Source: an uncultured Acidobacteriota bacterium
Lineage (GTDB): Bacteria; Acidobacteriota; Thermoanaerobaculia; Multivoradales; UBA5704
NCBI GenBank assembly: GCA_963700145.1
Contig: OY969474.1
Coordinates: 3,136,001 to 3,200,000 of the forward strand
Direction: 5' to 3'
DNA length: 64,000 bases
The notes beneath the pieces are model-generated. The model did not search any database. It was not told the origin of the DNA and saw nothing but the letters and a program-made list of their open reading frames with translations. The translations under genes were made by a program, and so were the position numbers. This document shows positions 61,893 through 64,000 of the stretch, piece after piece. Position 1 is the first letter of the stretch. Each line of letters starts with the position of its first letter.

Positions 61893-62796
61893 CCTCGCGC
61901 CGGCCGAGGGCCTCCCCGCCCGGCGGCGCCGGCCGAGCGCCCTCGAGCGGGCGGCGGCCGAGATGGACCGGCTGGAGCTGAGCCTGCTCCTGACGCTGCT
62001 GCTGCTGGTCTTCCACCCGCCGCGCTACCTCTACGTCAGCCTGCCGCTCTCGGTGATCGCGCTGGTGGCGATCCTGATGCCGCCCCTGCGCCGCAGCCGG
62101 CTCCTGTGGCTCCTGGCCGCCCTCCTCGTGGGGGCGGCCGCCGTCGGCCACTGGCAGACGACCGACAACCACAAGTACCTCCTCGCCTACTGGTGCCTGG
62201 CGATCGCCTGCGCCCTCTGGACGAGCGACCCTAGCCCGTCGCTGGCGCGCATCGCGCGCTGGCTGGTCGCCGCCGTCTTTGCGTTCGCGGTGCTGCAGAA
62301 GCTCCTCTCGAGCGACTACCTGAGCTCCGACTTCTTCTACTTCGCGCTGCTCTTCGACGAGCGCTTCGCCAGCCTGGCCCGGCACCTCGGCGGCGTCTCG
62401 GAGTTCAGCGGCGAGCTCAACGAGTCGGCGCGGCGCGCCCTGGTCAACTACGACAGCGCCCTCGAGGCGGTGAAGCTCTCAAGCCAGAGCGGCACGCTGC
62501 CGGTCGTGGCGGCGTTCGTCACCTGGTGGACCGTCCTGCTGGAGGCGGCGATCGGCGCCGCCCACCTGGCGCCCCAGACGACGTGGCTCGCGCGCTGGCG
62601 CCACCCACTGCTGCTCCTCTTCGTCTTCAGCACCTACCTCTTCGCGCCGGTGATCGGCTTCGGCTGGCTGATGATCGTCCTCGGCGTCGCGCAGCTCGGC
62701 CCGGCGGCCACCCGGATGCGGCTGGCCTACCTGCTGTCGATCGTCGTCCTGCAGGCCTACCGGTACCCGTGGTCCAGCCTCTCCGACGGCGGCTGA
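61882..62796 (+). CDS. HTTM-domain / vitamin K-dependent carboxylase-like membrane protein
   Basis: Multi-TM; DNHKYL and FAFAVLQKLLSSDYL motifs. Confidence 0.6.
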   Translation: MAADLAPAEGLPARRRRPSALERAAAEMDRLELSLLLTLLLLVFHPPRYLYVSLPLSVIALVAILMPPLRRSRLLWLLAALLVGAAAVGHWQTTDNHKYLLAYWCLAIACALWTSDPSPSLARIARWLVAAVFAFAVLQKLLSSDYLSSDFFYFALLFDERFASLARHLGGVSEFSGELNESARRALVNYDSALEAVKLSSQSGTLPVVAAFVTWWTVLLEAAIGAAHLAPQTTWLARWRHPLLLLFVFSTYLFAPVIGFGWLMIVLGVAQLGPAATRMRLAYLLSIVVLQAYRYPWSSLSDGG

Positions 62797-62832
62797 CGGC
62801 GGCGCCGCGGGCGGGCGTATACTCGGGCCAAC

Positions 62833-63528
62833 TTGCGAACCAGACAGGCGCTCGCGGCGCTGTTCCTGCTGGCCGTCGGCCCGACCGGGTGCAGTCAACC
62901 GCCCGACGCCGGCGGCGAGACGACCGTCGACATCGAGCCGCGCCCCGGGCTCCCCTTCCCTGACGGCGACGCCGGTCGCGCCGTCGCGTCGCACCTCGAC
63001 GCGATGTTCGCCATCGGTCCCAATGCCGAAGCGAGCTACCAGGCGTCGCTCGCGGCCCTGCGCGCGCGGGGCGGCGAAGCGATCGCGGCCCTCGTCGCCA
63101 CCTACAACCAGGCCGACGAGACGCTGTACAACGAGCGCGCGGCCCTCGTCGAGACCCTGGCGGCGCTGTGGCTGCCCGAGGCGCGCGACGCGCTGCTCGC
63201 GATCGCCAACGAGCCCCTGCCCGAGCGCGTCCCCGCGCCCGACGACACCATGCAGCCGATCGGGCCGGAAATCGTCATCCGGACGACCGCGATCCGCGGC
63301 CTGGGGAACCTCGCCGAGCGCGACGACGCCGCGGCCCGGGCCCTCGCTGCGCTGGCGAAGCATCGCGAGCTGGCGCTGCAGGAGCAGGCCAAGCAGTCCC
63401 TGGCCATCGTCATCGCGCAGGAGAAGAACCGGATCCGGCGCCAGCTGCTGATCCAGCTCTTCCCGGGCGAGCACCAGGACTGGGTGCCGCTCCAGGACCT
63501 CGCGCCCCCGGCGCCGAGCCGCAACTAG
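62833..63528 (+). CDS. Lipoprotein with HEAT-like helical repeats
   Basis: PTGC lipobox-like motif; IRTTAIRGLGNLA. Confidence 0.65.
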   Translation: MRTRQALAALFLLAVGPTGCSQPPDAGGETTVDIEPRPGLPFPDGDAGRAVASHLDAMFAIGPNAEASYQASLAALRARGGEAIAALVATYNQADETLYNERAALVETLAALWLPEARDALLAIANEPLPERVPAPDDTMQPIGPEIVIRTTAIRGLGNLAERDDAAARALAALAKHRELALQEQAKQSLAIVIAQEKNRIRRQLLIQLFPGEHQDWVPLQDLAPPAPSRN

Positions 63529-63544
63529 CAGGGAGGCCGATCCC

Positions 63545-64000
63545 ATGCGAACGAAGGTGTCGCGGACGCTGTCGCTGATCGCGCTCCTGACCCTGGCGCT
63601 GCCGACCCGCATGGCCAACGCCGACTTCGAGGAGGAGTGCGTCGAGGAGGAGTGCGACGGCGAAGAGCTCGAAGAGATGCACGAGGACTACGCGGACGAG
63701 TGCCTCGAAGAGGAGTGCGACGTCGAGGAAGTGCGCGAGCTCGCCGGGACCCGCGGCAACATCAACGCCCTGCTCGACGCGTTCCAGAGCCGGGGCTTCC
63801 AGATCGACGCCTGCAGTCGCGTCGGCGCCTGCTCCCCCTCCCCGGGAGACAACAACGCCAGCCTCGACAACTTCTTCGACGGGTTCTGCAACCAGTCCTC
63901 GATCGACCAGCACTGGGACGACTTCGAGATGTCGAAGGACGACTGGGACGGCACCTTCGGGTGGGACGCCCCCTGCGACCAGAACCTGCCGCTGGGCCGC
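63545..64000 (+). CDS. Secreted protein with tandem Glu/Cys (Gla-like) motifs (3' partial)
   Basis: GGGAGG RBS; MRTKVSRTLSLIALLTLALPTRMANA-DFEEECVEEECDGEELEEMHEDYADECLEEECDVEEVRE...; open to the window end and absent from the ORF track. Confidence 0.85.
   Translation, partial: MRTKVSRTLSLIALLTLALPTRMANADFEEECVEEECDGEELEEMHEDYADECLEEECDVEEVRELAGTRGNINALLDAFQSRGFQIDACSRVGACSPSPGDNNASLDNFFDGFCNQSSIDQHWDDFEMSKDDWDGTFGWDAPCDQNLPLGR

Noticed and set aside
57748-62385. 1545-aa giant esterase
   Set aside because: Only 57748-59577 is esterase-like; the upstream part is an off-frame read through other genes

Overview
High-GC bacterial DNA. The gene content (PadR plus ADOP-type duplicated permease, Oar-like TonB-dependent receptor, TIGR02999-type ECF sigma factor with kinase, IPTL-CTERM protein) suggests Acidobacteriota, probably Thermoanaerobaculia; this is an inference. 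The backbone encodes secreted peptidases and hydrolases, signalling kinases and a Rieske/aminomethyltransferase/flavin-oxidoreductase cluster. It is interrupted by more AT-rich accessory patches: toxin-antitoxin modules and their debris, two ABC-ATPase + TOPRIM-like defence pairs, an HNH nuclease and a two-gene toxin island. The most interesting candidate is at the right end (61275-64000). There an HTTM / vitamin K-dependent gamma-carboxylase-like membrane protein and a small partner precede a secreted protein, absent from the ORF track, whose mature N-terminus carries two tandem E-C-x-E-E-E-C-D-x-E-E motifs resembling vertebrate Gla domains. Other highlights: a putative pore/translocase + PT-TG nuclease toxin pair flanked by a synonymously diverged copy of a neighbouring gene fragment, a leukocidin-like pore-forming toxin, a DUF4276-DUF885 in-frame fusion, and 21-nt-period repeat arrays next to TA loci. 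No rRNA, tRNA or CRISPR array was recognised. All family calls come from motif recognition by eye, not from database searches.
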